Part shown: positions 1 through 9,687 of the stretch, one piece after another
Position numbering within the stretch: position 1 is the stretch's first letter
How the letters are laid out: the number at the start of each line of letters is the position of its first letter
Virus record (IMG/VR): IMGVR_UViG_3300030390_001877
Location: 68,130-132,129 of that record
Direction: 5' to 3' (one strand)
Origin: a virus
DNA: 64,000 bases
Position numbers and translations under genes: made by a program
Notes under the pieces: generated by a model
What the model was told of the DNA's origin: nothing
What the model saw: the letters and a program-made list of their open reading frames with translations, nothing else
Databases searched by the model: none

Positions 1-873
1 TTCGAAAGTATTAACACTATTAATTACAGTGGTAGCCTCTGAAGTGATAGCTAATTTACCACCAACAAAGGTATTAGTTATCCCCTCGCACTTTGTAAAA
101 GAACTCGCTAAATCTTCATTACTGATATTAGGAGTTATATTTGTATCCTCTGGATTAGATAATCCATCACGGGTTATGATCGCCCCTGAGAGTTGCAGTG
201 TAGAAGGGTTTATAAAATTAGAACTAGAAAAATCTAATAGAGCTGCGCTAGTAGGTAAGTCTACGTTTAAGTTAGTCCTAAACCTAGAAGCCATAGTAAA
301 ACCTACCCCTGCTTTAAATAGTGGTTCTGTCATACCAGCGTCAAGGTTACGTACAATAGATATGTCGAAGAAAAACCCACCTAACCACTCTCCCGTCAAA
401 GTTAAAGAAGGTCTACCTCCAAAACGTCCAGTACCTACTTCCAACCCTTGACGGTAATTATCTATTTCCCCTAGGCTACTGCAATCATTGTAGTTTATCT
501 TATAGAATTCAAAAGCATCAAACCCAGTGGCACTTTTTAAGTCGTACACTTTCGAGTTTGATCCTGTAACTTCTATAGCGTAGTCCGACCCTAAAACATT
601 CCCACTACCTTCCAGAGGTGATGTGAACATAGTATAATTACTTTCACTAGATATTAATTTAGAGGTGTCAAAAGTATAACCGAGTAGATTAAGACCTCCT
701 GAGGGAACTTCTATACTTTGTGTTCCCATGTCTATGATACCATCTATTAAGTAACTAACTGTGCTATCTAAAGTGCCTGCTAAATCAGAAGGAGATTCTA
801 CACGTTTTAGTTTATTGAAGGATTCCCCTCCACTACCACTACTAGAAACAATATCTTTAAATGAGATGCCCAT
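1..873 (-). CDS. Probable virion structural protein, partial (runs off the window start; not in the ORF track)
   Basis: Manual translation from ATG at 873 gives 291 open codons to position 1 (MGISFKDIVSSSGSGGESFNKLKRVESPSDLAGTLDSTVSYLIDGIIDMG...); Gly/Ser/Thr-rich; downstream end of the head operon. Confidence 0.8.
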   Translation of the reverse strand, partial: MGISFKDIVSSSGSGGESFNKLKRVESPSDLAGTLDSTVSYLIDGIIDMGTQSIEVPSGGLNLLGYTFDTSKLISSESNYTMFTSPLEGSGNVLGSDYAIEVTGSNSKVYDLKSATGFDAFEFYKINYNDCSSLGEIDNYRQGLEVGTGRFGGRPSLTLTGEWLGGFFFDISIVRNLDAGMTEPLFKAGVGFTMASRFRTNLNVDLPTSAALLDFSSSNFINPSTLQLSGAIITRDGLSNPEDTNITPNISNEDLASSFTKCEGITNTFVGGKLAITSEATTVINSVNTFE

Positions 874-874
874 A

Positions 875-1168
875 TTAAAAAGTTCCTATTGCTAAAGTTG
901 ATGAACTATCTTCTTTAACGCACTTAACCCAGATTTCTAAACTACCTTCAAGTATTCTTGGCGTACTATTCGATTCAGTTAGATCTGTTATCACAAAACC
1001 TGCAGTAGATGTTGCATCTGGTTTGGTAGAAGATTCTTGTATGCGAATACCTTGTACACCTTTGTTCTGTAATTCTAGAGCTGTACCTACGGGTATTGGT
1101 GGTGTTGAGGCTGCGTTAAGAGAGATATAATCCTCCCCTGTCACCACTAAGTCATTTAATGTTGCCAT
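875..1168 (-). CDS. Hypothetical virion-associated protein
   Basis: 97-aa ORF with RBS, in the structural operon. Confidence 0.65.
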   Translation of the reverse strand: MATLNDLVVTGEDYISLNAASTPPIPVGTALELQNKGVQGIRIQESSTKPDATSTAGFVITDLTESNSTPRILEGSLEIWVKCVKEDSSSTLAIGTF

Positions 1169-1194
1169 TATGATATTTTCCTATTTTAAAGTTA

Positions 1195-1761
1195 TTACCA
1201 GTTTTTCAAATAAATACTTTGATTATAAATGTTTACGTTATCGCCTACCGCTGTTAGGTAAATCTCAACCCCGTTATCAATACTATTTTGATCAAGGTAA
1301 AAGTCTAGATTATTGACCACCCTCTGAGGGGCTGTGCCTTTTACAAGAGGTTTAGAATCTCGGTAGATAGTTAAATAGTTTGGTATAGTTAAACTAACTT
1401 CTATAGCAACACCAGTGGCGTTTGAGGTTGCTTCTGCTACAAACTGTAATCTCACAGAACAGTTGCCAAAGATATTCTCTTTGTAAGAGTTGACACGTTG
1501 AAAAGTCGTATCCCAAATAGGATATTTTGTAGCACCTATCTGAGGTTGACGTTCAAAGTTAGCGAAGAGGAGCGGTGTATTGAAAGTTACTTTTTGAGCA
1601 ACACCTTCTAAGAGAGTTAATTTATTAAGGGGTGTGTATAAACTGTCTTGAAAGTTTTCCCATCCTGCTAGTTCGAAGTTGGAGAGGGCTGTTGCGTGTA
1701 CTGATCGTCCTGTTTGATTATCGATTACTTTATTATTAAGTAAATTTGTATTAGTAGACAT
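1195..1761 (-). CDS. Hypothetical virion structural protein (beta-rich)
   Basis: 188-aa ORF in the structural operon. Confidence 0.65.
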   Translation of the reverse strand: MSTNTNLLNNKVIDNQTGRSVHATALSNFELAGWENFQDSLYTPLNKLTLLEGVAQKVTFNTPLLFANFERQPQIGATKYPIWDTTFQRVNSYKENIFGNCSVRLQFVAEATSNATGVAIEVSLTIPNYLTIYRDSKPLVKGTAPQRVVNNLDFYLDQNSIDNGVEIYLTAVGDNVNIYNQSIYLKNW

Positions 1762-1771
1762 AAAGATTCCT

Positions 1772-2272
1772 TTAAAATTTGAAACCTACATAAGATTTGT
1801 CTTTTCTTTCGTCTGGCGTTCTCGGACTATAAGGAGATTTATCTTTGTAAGCTGTGTTACTATCTGGATTATTTCGGATTCTCTCTACCTCTGAAACACT
1901 TGTACCATTTATAATAAAACCTGACTTAGGTGATTTCTTTAAAACATCTCTGCAAGATGGTAACGCTGCTGTAGGGTTATCTAAGAAAATATCATAAGCA
2001 TTCTCCCAATCAACACCCTTGTTATAATTATTAGCGGAGACAGTAACCCCACCTATCTTTTCACTATAACTACCTCCACCACTACCATCTACAGCAGAGG
2101 ATTTTATTAACCATTCATACAAACTTGCAATAGTATTGTATATAGCCAAACAAGTGTTATCTGGGTAAACAATTAACCATTCTGTTAGGTAGTGGTTAAT
2201 AACGTTCTCAGGAATATCCCCTGACTCTAACCCCATTGCGAATAGTATTTTTGTTATTAATTCTTCGTTCAT
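1772..2272 (-). CDS. Probable head completion / head-tail adaptor protein
   Basis: Directly follows the major capsid gene; YSEKIGGVTVS segment resembles adaptor proteins. Confidence 0.55.
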   Translation of the reverse strand: MNEELITKILFAMGLESGDIPENVINHYLTEWLIVYPDNTCLAIYNTIASLYEWLIKSSAVDGSGGGSYSEKIGGVTVSANNYNKGVDWENAYDIFLDNPTAALPSCRDVLKKSPKSGFIINGTSVSEVERIRNNPDSNTAYKDKSPYSPRTPDERKDKSYVGFKF

Positions 2273-2297
2273 TTAGGTGTTCCTTTTTATTCAGGCA

Positions 2298-2332
2298 ATA
2301 AAAAAGCCCCACCCGAAAGTGGGTAGGGCTTA
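2298..2332 (-). terminator. Rho-independent terminator after the major capsid gene
   Basis: Minus strand AAGCCCTACCCAC-TTTC-GGGTGGGGCTT followed by a T run. Confidence 0.85.
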
Positions 2333-2352
2333 ATATTATTACTTACACCATA

Positions 2353-3399
2353 TTAAGTAAGTTGGATAATTGCTTCTGGTTTAGTTGCAAAATATAGCTT
2401 TTTAGCTTGAATCTCAAGAGTATGAGATTCATCATCATCAGAAGTACGTTCGAAAGCAAACATCTCTTGTCCGCCTTTATTAGCGTAAGAAAGTTTTGAA
2501 GCTGGTCCGAAGTAACCGCGAAGAAGATCACGGCCACCACGAGGTAATGCGATACCTTGACCTGCACCTAGTACTGTAACCTCTGTACCATCTGCTTCTA
2601 GGAAAGTAGGGTTATACGCTAAGAAACGTACACCACGATGTTCGAAGAAGTCTGTAACACCCCAAGAGTAGTATGCACTTAGGTCGTCACGAAGAAGTTG
2701 CTTACCAGAGTTTTGGTATTGGTTGTAAACTTCACGGAATTTAGGGTTAGCAATGATTTCGTCAAATAGAGCGTAATCTAACCAGAAGTCAACACCTTGG
2801 ATAGCTGCACCAGATTTAATACCACCAGAGATTTTACGTTTAACTTCTGCAATTTTAGCATCTAAGTCTACAGAAGCATTACCAGTGTCTAAGTCTACAG
2901 TGTAATCCGCAGCTTTATTAAGGCTATATACTGAATACATATCTGTAGCACCTGCAACAGCACCTGTAGGTAGATCACCTTTCATAGCTTTGAAACGTAA
3001 GTATTCATCACGTTGGTCATGTGCTAGACGTAAGTCTTCAAGCTTAGTAGAACGTACATTAGCAAGAGTTTCAGCAGAATCTGCTTCACCAGCCATACGT
3101 TGACCTTGGATATCATATACGTCAATATAATCCATCTCTTTGTAGAACTTCAACAGCATTGCATATTGGTCTACTTCACGGTCTTTACCAACGCCGTGTA
3201 CTTTAGACTGAGCACCACCTTCTGACATCATATTAATTTGATTTTTAATACGGTCAAAGATGATAGAATCTTGAGAAGTAGTAGTAGTGTTGAATAAGCC
3301 TTGTGAGCGGATAAAACCAAACTGGTTATCAATAACGTTTACGGCGTTAGTCCAGTCGATAATACCATTAATGTTTGAAGGATCGTGAGTTAATGCCAT
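2353..3399 (-). CDS. Major capsid protein (lambda gpE-like family)
   Basis: 348 aa; order protease-decoration-capsid; followed by a strong terminator; highly biased codon use. Confidence 0.85.
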   Translation of the reverse strand: MALTHDPSNINGIIDWTNAVNVIDNQFGFIRSQGLFNTTTTSQDSIIFDRIKNQINMMSEGGAQSKVHGVGKDREVDQYAMLLKFYKEMDYIDVYDIQGQRMAGEADSAETLANVRSTKLEDLRLAHDQRDEYLRFKAMKGDLPTGAVAGATDMYSVYSLNKAADYTVDLDTGNASVDLDAKIAEVKRKISGGIKSGAAIQGVDFWLDYALFDEIIANPKFREVYNQYQNSGKQLLRDDLSAYYSWGVTDFFEHRGVRFLAYNPTFLEADGTEVTVLGAGQGIALPRGGRDLLRGYFGPASKLSYANKGGQEMFAFERTSDDDESHTLEIQAKKLYFATKPEAIIQLT

Positions 3400-3415
3400 T
3401 TTTTATTATTCCTTA

Positions 3416-3820
3416 TTATACTTGAGCTAATACTTGGATACCAGCATTAGCTAGTAATGCATCGTACACTGCTTGTTTCTCTACATCTGTATCTACATCA
3501 GTAGCGAAAGATAGTGATTTATCTGCCACTTGAGAAGGACCAGCCATTAATACTGTCATTTCAAAGTCACCACCAACAGTAGTGTCGTCGTTAGCTAGAG
3601 TGTCGATTAAAACAGCATTAGCATTAGCAGTTGTTGCAACAGCAACTAGAATGTACTTACCAGCAACAGAAGTTGATTCTAATACAGCACCAATTTCCAA
3701 ACCCTCTGCAGGAACAGTTACAACCACTTTACGGCGTGTATAACCTGTTGCAGGAGCGTATTCATGTTTAAGAACGTCACCAACTTTAGTAGGACGACTT
3801 GCAATAAGACCTGTAGCCAT
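3416..3820 (-). CDS. Head decoration protein
   Basis: 134 aa between protease and capsid; DVLKHEY...RRKVVV, GAVL and GP motifs typical of gpD-like decoration proteins. Confidence 0.75.
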   Translation of the reverse strand: MATGLIASRPTKVGDVLKHEYAPATGYTRRKVVVTVPAEGLEIGAVLESTSVAGKYILVAVATTANANAVLIDTLANDDTTVGGDFEMTVLMAGPSQVADKSLSFATDVDTDVEKQAVYDALLANAGIQVLAQV

Positions 3821-3844
3821 TATTATTTTTCCTTATTTATTTTA

Positions 3845-5302
3845 TTAAGAGTTTTTCTTGTGACGAGCTAATAACTTTGCCATAACAGCGTCTTGGTCTT
3901 TAGCAGTACTTGTTGGTTCAACTTCTGCTTCTGCATCAGCACCAATTTCTTCACCAAAAGAAGTTTTAAGTTCTTCTACTTTAGTGTTCATTTCTGCTTG
4001 CAATGCTTCTTTTTCTGAGTTAAACTCTTCCATCTTAGTAGATAAAGTTTTCTCTAATTCAGATACACTTGCAGATGCTTGCGAGATTAAACCGCTAACT
4101 AATTCTTTGTGAACTGTATCAACGTTAGAAGCTAGTAAGAATTCTAAAACATCTTCTTGAGAATCTTTAAGGAAAGCATGTTTCGATAATTCTTTATTAA
4201 GAGACTCTTTGTGAGCTAATGCTTCTTTCTTTTCGTACTCTGCAACTTTACTAGCTAATAGTTCTTTTTCTTCTTTCTCAGCTTGTAAACTTGCTAATAC
4301 TTCTTCTTGTGCAGCTAACTTAGCTTGTAATGCGCTAAGTTCTGTCTGGTCAACTGTAGGAGTTGCCTGAGCTTCTTTAGACATAGATTGTTCCTCTGTT
4401 GTCATATTTAAAGTTTCAACTCCTGACGGAGAATTACTATTTTTACCTTTCGGCTTTATTCCCAAGTATTCTTGGAATTCATCTTCTTCCATTATCTTAT
4501 CGATAAAACCAATCGCTAAAGCCTTTTCAGCTTTCATAACCTTAGCTTGGGTATCAATAACAGTCTGAACGTCAATGTTTCTCATAGATGCAACGTGGGA
4601 AGTAAATTTTTCATAAAGTGTATCTACACTCTCTTGGATATCTGAAAGGAAACCTTCTCGGAAAGAACCATCCTTATCATAAGGAACCTTCTCACTACCT
4701 GCTGTAATGAATGTTCTCTCAAAGCCTTCCTTTTCTAGGTGCTTACTGTCATTCATAAGAGAAACAACAACACCAACACTACCTACCTCTGCTTCAGGAT
4801 TAACAACTATCTCGTGACAAGCACTTAATAAACCGTAACCTGCGCTGGCAGCCATACCATCCACGTATCCAATCATCTTGATATTATTCTTATCTGCCAA
4901 TTCACGGAGTTTATTAGCAGAGTACATCATACGGTAGGCTTGCCCGCCACCTGAATTGACTTTCATAAGAACAGTAGAAACACCTTTTTCAACAAGTTCT
5001 TCCATATCTTCGATTAAACCTACGTAGCTGCAACCGCCGCACATAGCTTCCCAACCTGTTTTCTTATAAGTAGTAGGACCTTCTACACGAAGGGTTCCTA
5101 TACCGTTAGATAACAAAGTAGTTTCTTCATCAGATATGAAATCATCTTGGTCATCATCAAAGAAAGCTTCTTTTGCGTATGAGTGTAGTAATTCTCTGTT
5201 ATCAAGAACTTCTGCAATCTCACGAGCTTTTTCTTCGATGATGAATTGAGGTTTTTCTAGGAGTGATTTAGATAGACGAGGAAGTTTATGTTTCTTAGAC
5301 AT
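3845..5302 (-). CDS. Prohead protease (S49/SppA family) fused to a C-terminal scaffolding domain
   Basis: NSGGG, GMAASAGY (catalytic Ser) and VGSVGV motifs of S49 peptidases, then an acidic coiled-coil C-terminus. Confidence 0.9.
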   Translation of the reverse strand: MSKKHKLPRLSKSLLEKPQFIIEEKAREIAEVLDNRELLHSYAKEAFFDDDQDDFISDEETTLLSNGIGTLRVEGPTTYKKTGWEAMCGGCSYVGLIEDMEELVEKGVSTVLMKVNSGGGQAYRMMYSANKLRELADKNNIKMIGYVDGMAASAGYGLLSACHEIVVNPEAEVGSVGVVVSLMNDSKHLEKEGFERTFITAGSEKVPYDKDGSFREGFLSDIQESVDTLYEKFTSHVASMRNIDVQTVIDTQAKVMKAEKALAIGFIDKIMEEDEFQEYLGIKPKGKNSNSPSGVETLNMTTEEQSMSKEAQATPTVDQTELSALQAKLAAQEEVLASLQAEKEEKELLASKVAEYEKKEALAHKESLNKELSKHAFLKDSQEDVLEFLLASNVDTVHKELVSGLISQASASVSELEKTLSTKMEEFNSEKEALQAEMNTKVEELKTSFGEEIGADAEAEVEPTSTAKDQDAVMAKLLARHKKNS

Positions 5303-5333
5303 ATTCTTTCCTTCTTTCCATACTATATGTTAT

Positions 5334-5361
5334 ATTATAACACGTTTTTAAAATTATGCAA
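5334..5361 (-). promoter_or_regulatory. Promoter for protease/capsid genes
   Basis: TTGCAT-16 nt-TATAAT on the minus strand upstream of 5302. Confidence 0.6.
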
Positions 5362-5364
5362 CCC

Positions 5365-6906
5365 TTACGCATTTTCTGTATTTGTTGCACTATTTGAACC
5401 GCCTTGCTGGGAATTTCCAGTTCCACTAGATCCAAGCCCCTCTCCTGATTTTGAGTCTCCTTTGTCACCCATTTCTAAGTATTCAAGGAGTTCTTCTTGA
5501 GAAAGATCTTCCATATGTTCTGTATCGAATCCCATCATTTCGTGCATACGAATAATATTTTCTTTTGTAAGAGCAATACCTTTAACAGACTTACCACGCT
5601 GGATAAGTTTACCTGCTTCATCATAACTAATCTTATCGATATCACCAGCTACAATTCTAGGCATATCCTCTGGAGATAGGTTAAAGTCGTTCATAACGTT
5701 AATTAACTCTGGGATGAGGTCTTTGTTCAATACATCTTCGATGACTTTGATATCAGACTTAATGTAGTGCATGTGAATAGCGTTCTTAACTTCTGCACTG
5801 TTGTAACTAACACTACCTTCACCTGTGAGTGTATGTCCTGCACCCCATATATCAAATATAGCCTTCCTACGCTTCTGTATCATCTCCATAGGGTTGAACT
5901 GCCTACCACCACCCTCTAGGCCAACTAACCTTGTAGAGTACTCAGGAACAGTACTAGAACCCTCTTGCAAGTCACTTGGACGGATGATTGAACTTTGGTC
6001 ACCATTGTGGATGTTAGCTGCTTGAGATATTAATGACTGAACCATATAATACTCATCACTAGTTGGGTCAGAAGCCGCCTTATCAAGTATATCACTTGGA
6101 ATAGCTAACTCTATTATACCAGCTAAATCTTTACTAGCGCCATTAACTTCTAAGTCTTCTAATAGGATCTTTTCTTTCCAAGCTTTATAGCATGCTTTAA
6201 GAAGAGGATTACCAAAAGGTGTACTGTCAGTAGCGTTCTCTCCAAACAACATAAACTTCTTACGGGGGATACGTTTATAACCTTCACCTGTTAAGTCTGT
6301 CGGAGAGATGAAAAAGTTATTAGAGGTTTTATTTTGAAAGAATTGATTATCTTGGCGTAAAGCAATAATACGCCTACCACCTGCATAAATTTCAAAAGGA
6401 GTAGACTTATCTAAACTTAGTTGAGGTCTGTTGGCTATATCACTAACACGATACATACCTTCCCACTCACCTCTCTCAACTTTCCTATAAACCTTCTCTG
6501 CAATACTAAAACCTTTCTCCTTAAAAGTTTCTATATTACGTATAACCTGCATGTAAGTATTACTGTCTAGAGTATTTAAACTCCATTGCAAGAACCTAGC
6601 AGCTTTTACACTATCAGGGTTGTTCTTATTATATTTAATTTTCTGATTAGCGAATGCCGACTCTATCAAATTATAAGTTAATTTAATAACAGTAGCTATT
6701 GCATCGTCATTTTTCATAGCCTCGAAAGTTTTCATACTCTGAGGCCATTGTAGCTCGTAAGGTTGTAATCTATTAACAATATCTTGGTAAAAAGCAATAC
6801 CAGATGTACCTACACCTCTTCGTGGAGTAACAGGTTTCTTAGGAGAAGTATCACTACCTTCATTGTTATTTACATTCCCACGAGAAGCGTTTCTTTTCTT
6901 AGCCAA
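5365..6906 (-). CDS. Portal protein
   Basis: 513 aa, TTG start after GGAG; between terL and protease; PFGNPLLKACYKAW motif typical of DUF935-like portals. Confidence 0.85.
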   Translation of the reverse strand: MAKKRNASRGNVNNNEGSDTSPKKPVTPRRGVGTSGIAFYQDIVNRLQPYELQWPQSMKTFEAMKNDDAIATVIKLTYNLIESAFANQKIKYNKNNPDSVKAARFLQWSLNTLDSNTYMQVIRNIETFKEKGFSIAEKVYRKVERGEWEGMYRVSDIANRPQLSLDKSTPFEIYAGGRRIIALRQDNQFFQNKTSNNFFISPTDLTGEGYKRIPRKKFMLFGENATDSTPFGNPLLKACYKAWKEKILLEDLEVNGASKDLAGIIELAIPSDILDKAASDPTSDEYYMVQSLISQAANIHNGDQSSIIRPSDLQEGSSTVPEYSTRLVGLEGGGRQFNPMEMIQKRRKAIFDIWGAGHTLTGEGSVSYNSAEVKNAIHMHYIKSDIKVIEDVLNKDLIPELINVMNDFNLSPEDMPRIVAGDIDKISYDEAGKLIQRGKSVKGIALTKENIIRMHEMMGFDTEHMEDLSQEELLEYLEMGDKGDSKSGEGLGSSGTGNSQQGGSNSATNTENA

Positions 6907-6932
6907 GATAACATCTCCTTACAGTGTACGTT

Positions 6933-7490
6933 CTAAGATAAAGCTTCTTTCAACTCTTTAATCATGTTGGGGAATGACTTAGTTTTAGTAAGTTCAACAC
7001 CATAGTTTTCAGAACAATAATCTTTTAAAGCAGACTTACTTCCTGACTTATCATCTTCATTATAAAGAGAGTTCAGGTAATCATAATCCACTTCTGGAAC
7101 AGCATCTTCTAAAACTTCTTCTGGAGATACATCCTCTTCTAGGACTACCTCTGCTGATACTACTTCTTCAACAAGAACCTTGACAGGTGTTTCCAATTCC
7201 AAAGGATCTTTCAGATAAAGATAATAACTTGAAAGGTTGACATGACTTTTAGAAAGATCTACACTTACACCATATTCTTCTTCTAAGGTACTGAATAAGT
7301 TGTACCAAGCGTGATACTGCTTAAAAGATTTATCTTCGTGTTGAATAACATATTGTGGTGAGAAAAGTGTTTTATTTACATCGATTGTATTTTTTGTTTG
7401 AAGAAGTGCTAAAGTTTTGATAAACTCGTGATAAGAATAACAAGATACTTTATATAAGTCTTCATCATAAAAATAGGGTTGTTTTTCCAT
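6933..7490 (-). CDS. Hypothetical protein with acidic repeats and a small C-terminal helical domain
   Basis: 185 aa, RBS, own promoter upstream. Confidence 0.7.
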   Translation of the reverse strand: MEKQPYFYDEDLYKVSCYSYHEFIKTLALLQTKNTIDVNKTLFSPQYVIQHEDKSFKQYHAWYNLFSTLEEEYGVSVDLSKSHVNLSSYYLYLKDPLELETPVKVLVEEVVSAEVVLEEDVSPEEVLEDAVPEVDYDYLNSLYNEDDKSGSKSALKDYCSENYGVELTKTKSFPNMIKELKEALS

Positions 7491-7560
7491 AAGGATTCCT
7501 ATTATAAAAGAGAGATGCCTGAATAGACACCTCTGAATGATTTTCCATACTATAGATAGT

Positions 7561-7589
7561 ATTCTACCACAGTTTTATACTTTTGGCAA
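7561..7589 (-). promoter_or_regulatory. Promoter upstream of the 7490/portal genes
   Basis: TTGCCA-17 nt-TAGAAT with extended -10 TG. Confidence 0.65.
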
Positions 7590-7599
7590 GAGTCCTCTT

Positions 7600-9687
7600 T
7601 TAAAACAAACGTTTTGAAGATTGTTTGCCCATAGAGGATTTCATCTTAGAGTATTGTGTGTTGCCCGAGGATAATTGTGGGATGGCTACTGCTTTGTGGA
7701 TTTTGGAAGCGCTGAGGTAATTAAAAGCTGAAGCTACTGTATCTCCGAAATCATCCTTTTTAGTTGTAGTGGATCTTTCTCCATCAAAACCTTCAAGTTG
7801 TTTCATTATGTAATTATAAGTTTTCTCTGAGAAAGTATTCTTAGCTATTTTAATAAGTCCATTCTCTGCTGCTGTTGCGAAGGGGAGAAATTTAGTTAGC
7901 TTATTTTTATTGATAGGGCAAGGGTCTTTCTTGAAAATAAAACCGTGTTCATTGAAGAATTTAGCTTGTTGATTCCAAAGAGATTTTCCTGCGGCAGCAG
8001 GGTCCTGAGGCGCTACGATGTAAACTTCATCACCGTCATACTCTGCCTGTTTAATCATTGTATTATCCCTATCACCAGACCTCTTATATATCGCCCCTTG
8101 TATATCATCTACTTCATCGTAAAAATCTTCATGATATTCACCTGCTAAAACATAATAACCGTCATGAGTCTTATACATCTTGATACAAGTTGTTGGATCA
8201 GGGTTTTTCTGCGAAGTTGTCCTTTCGGAAGCCCCGAAATCGTAAGCCCTAACAGCAAAAGCTTTAGAAGGTATCTTATCTATTTCCTGTAACCACTCCC
8301 TCTTAAAATACTTAGTCCCGAAAGCCATTTCAGCCCAACAACCGTGTAGTAGTTGTGCCCTGTCAATATCATTAAGACCTTCTAAGAATGCGAGGTAGGA
8401 TGGATTAATTTCCATCATGATCGGATTGTCGTATATAGTACCACTAACAAAAGAAAAGGATAGTATCTTACCTTCCCATCTTTCCTTAGGAATTTCCAAT
8501 CTAGTACCTAACTCTTCTCGTGAATTACCCCATATATACTCACCTGCTTCTTGTACAAAGTATCTGACTACTCCATCTTTTTCTGGGTCAGGAAAACCTT
8601 CATCATCTAAGTACCATGAGATCATATCCTTTATCTCGTGCGAAGGAGAAGGGTTACAACTTATTACCATTCTTGAGAAGTGTTTAGAAGGGGATCTTAG
8701 TCGGGACATGAAGTACTCTATCTGTTCCCATTCGAATTGTGTCTATTGTTGTTCAAAGAAGTTCGTTACTCTTCTTCCGTCTATAAAGACTGCCTTATAT
8801 CACTATAAGAGTTCAGACTATATCATCATCTACGTGAGATGCTGTGCGCTTCCACCCACTTAGGTGTACAGGTTTCATAATCCTTTCTAAAGGATCGTTT
8901 ACCTTAGTCGTTGCACCTTCAAACTGATTACTCAGTAAGCTTGGCTCAGAATTGTCTTTCGTAAAAGAGTTTCTCTGAATTCACACAGTTATCGATATGT
9001 ATCGCTACATAAAGGGGCACACTGTTTACCCTCATCTATACCAACAAATGTAAACTCTTGTCCCTGAGCATCCATCTTTGACCTAGCTACGTTCTCTGCT
9101 TGCTGGTATTTTATTTTAGCACCATTAGGAAATACTACTTCCATCTTATGATCTCTTATTGCCTTAGGTTCAGAACCTTTAGGCATCTGTTCGTAAATTG
9201 CTCTGGCGTTAGGCCAAAGTCCCCCTAATAACTGCGGGTTTGTTCTACGGTACATGATGCAGTTTGTCTTACCGTCATCTAAAAGCATTAGAGGGAGGTG
9301 ATTTAGTATGGTACTTTTCCCAGATCCTGCCAATAAATCTCTCTGGGACAGTTTCGAGTTCGTTACACTCTTCCACAGTTTCCTGTGTTGTCGGATCATA
9401 TCTTCTACTTATAAAAGTAGCCCTACGTTTCGAATTCACTTGAATCCTACTCTCAAAATGAGATGACCTCTACACCCATGAATTTAATCATTCGGCTCGG
9501 TATTGGCATATGATATAACATATCACTTAGCTTCCACCGAATTAGCAGGGGAGTTTATGGTGTGACCACAGGAATTTTAAGCCCCACCTATTACTAGTAT
9601 TTGAGTATCAGAAGCTCTTTTCAACATAAGAGCTTGCTTCTTACTTGCAGGAGAGAAAAAGGGTTTCTTTCCTTTCTGTTTTGTCAT
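7600..9687 (-). CDS. terL: Terminase large subunit, spliced: join(9687..9580, 9330..9028, 8742..7600), 517 aa
   Basis: Exon 1 MTKQKGKKPFFSPASKKQALMLKRASDTQILVIGGA + exon 2 AGSGKS... rebuilds Walker A (GGAAGSGKS); exon 2 ...FVGIDEG + exon 3 TQFEWEQIEYFMSRLRS rebuilds Walker B; exon 3 carries the RNase H-like nuclease motifs (AYDFG, KKDDFGD). Confidence 0.93.
8743..9027 (-). mobile_element. Group I intron 2 in terL (285 nt, no ORF), inserted just after the Walker B DEG
   Basis: 5' exon ends in U (GAG GGU) and intron ends in G (AACAAUAG); P GAAUUCAGAGAAA, Q AAUUCUGAGCC, R GUGCAACGACUA, S GAUAUAGUCUG; P7 GACUA/UAGUC; P3 CUGUGUG/CGCACAG; splicing restores the frame. Confidence 0.93.
9331..9579 (-). 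mobile_element. Group I intron 1 in terL (249 nt, no ORF), inserted inside Walker A
   Basis: 5' exon ends GGG GCU and intron ends AUUUAUUG; P1 GGUGGGGCU/GGUCACACC with U.G at the splice site; P10 UCCUGU/GCAGGA; P AAUUCGGUGGAAG, Q AAUACCGAGCC, R GUAGAGGUCA, S AAGAUAUGAUCC. Confidence 0.92.

Noticed and set aside
29-451. Plus-strand 140-aa ORF and similar antisense ORFs across the window (e.g. 5288-5500, 8417-8863, 9601-10086, 13731-14111, 37781-38422, 53690-54133)
   Set aside because: Shadow frames opposite well-supported genes; no RBS and no recognisable motifs
8989-9399. 136-aa ORF as a standalone gene
   Set aside because: Its core is terL exon 2; the N-terminal 23 and C-terminal 12 residues are read from intron sequence
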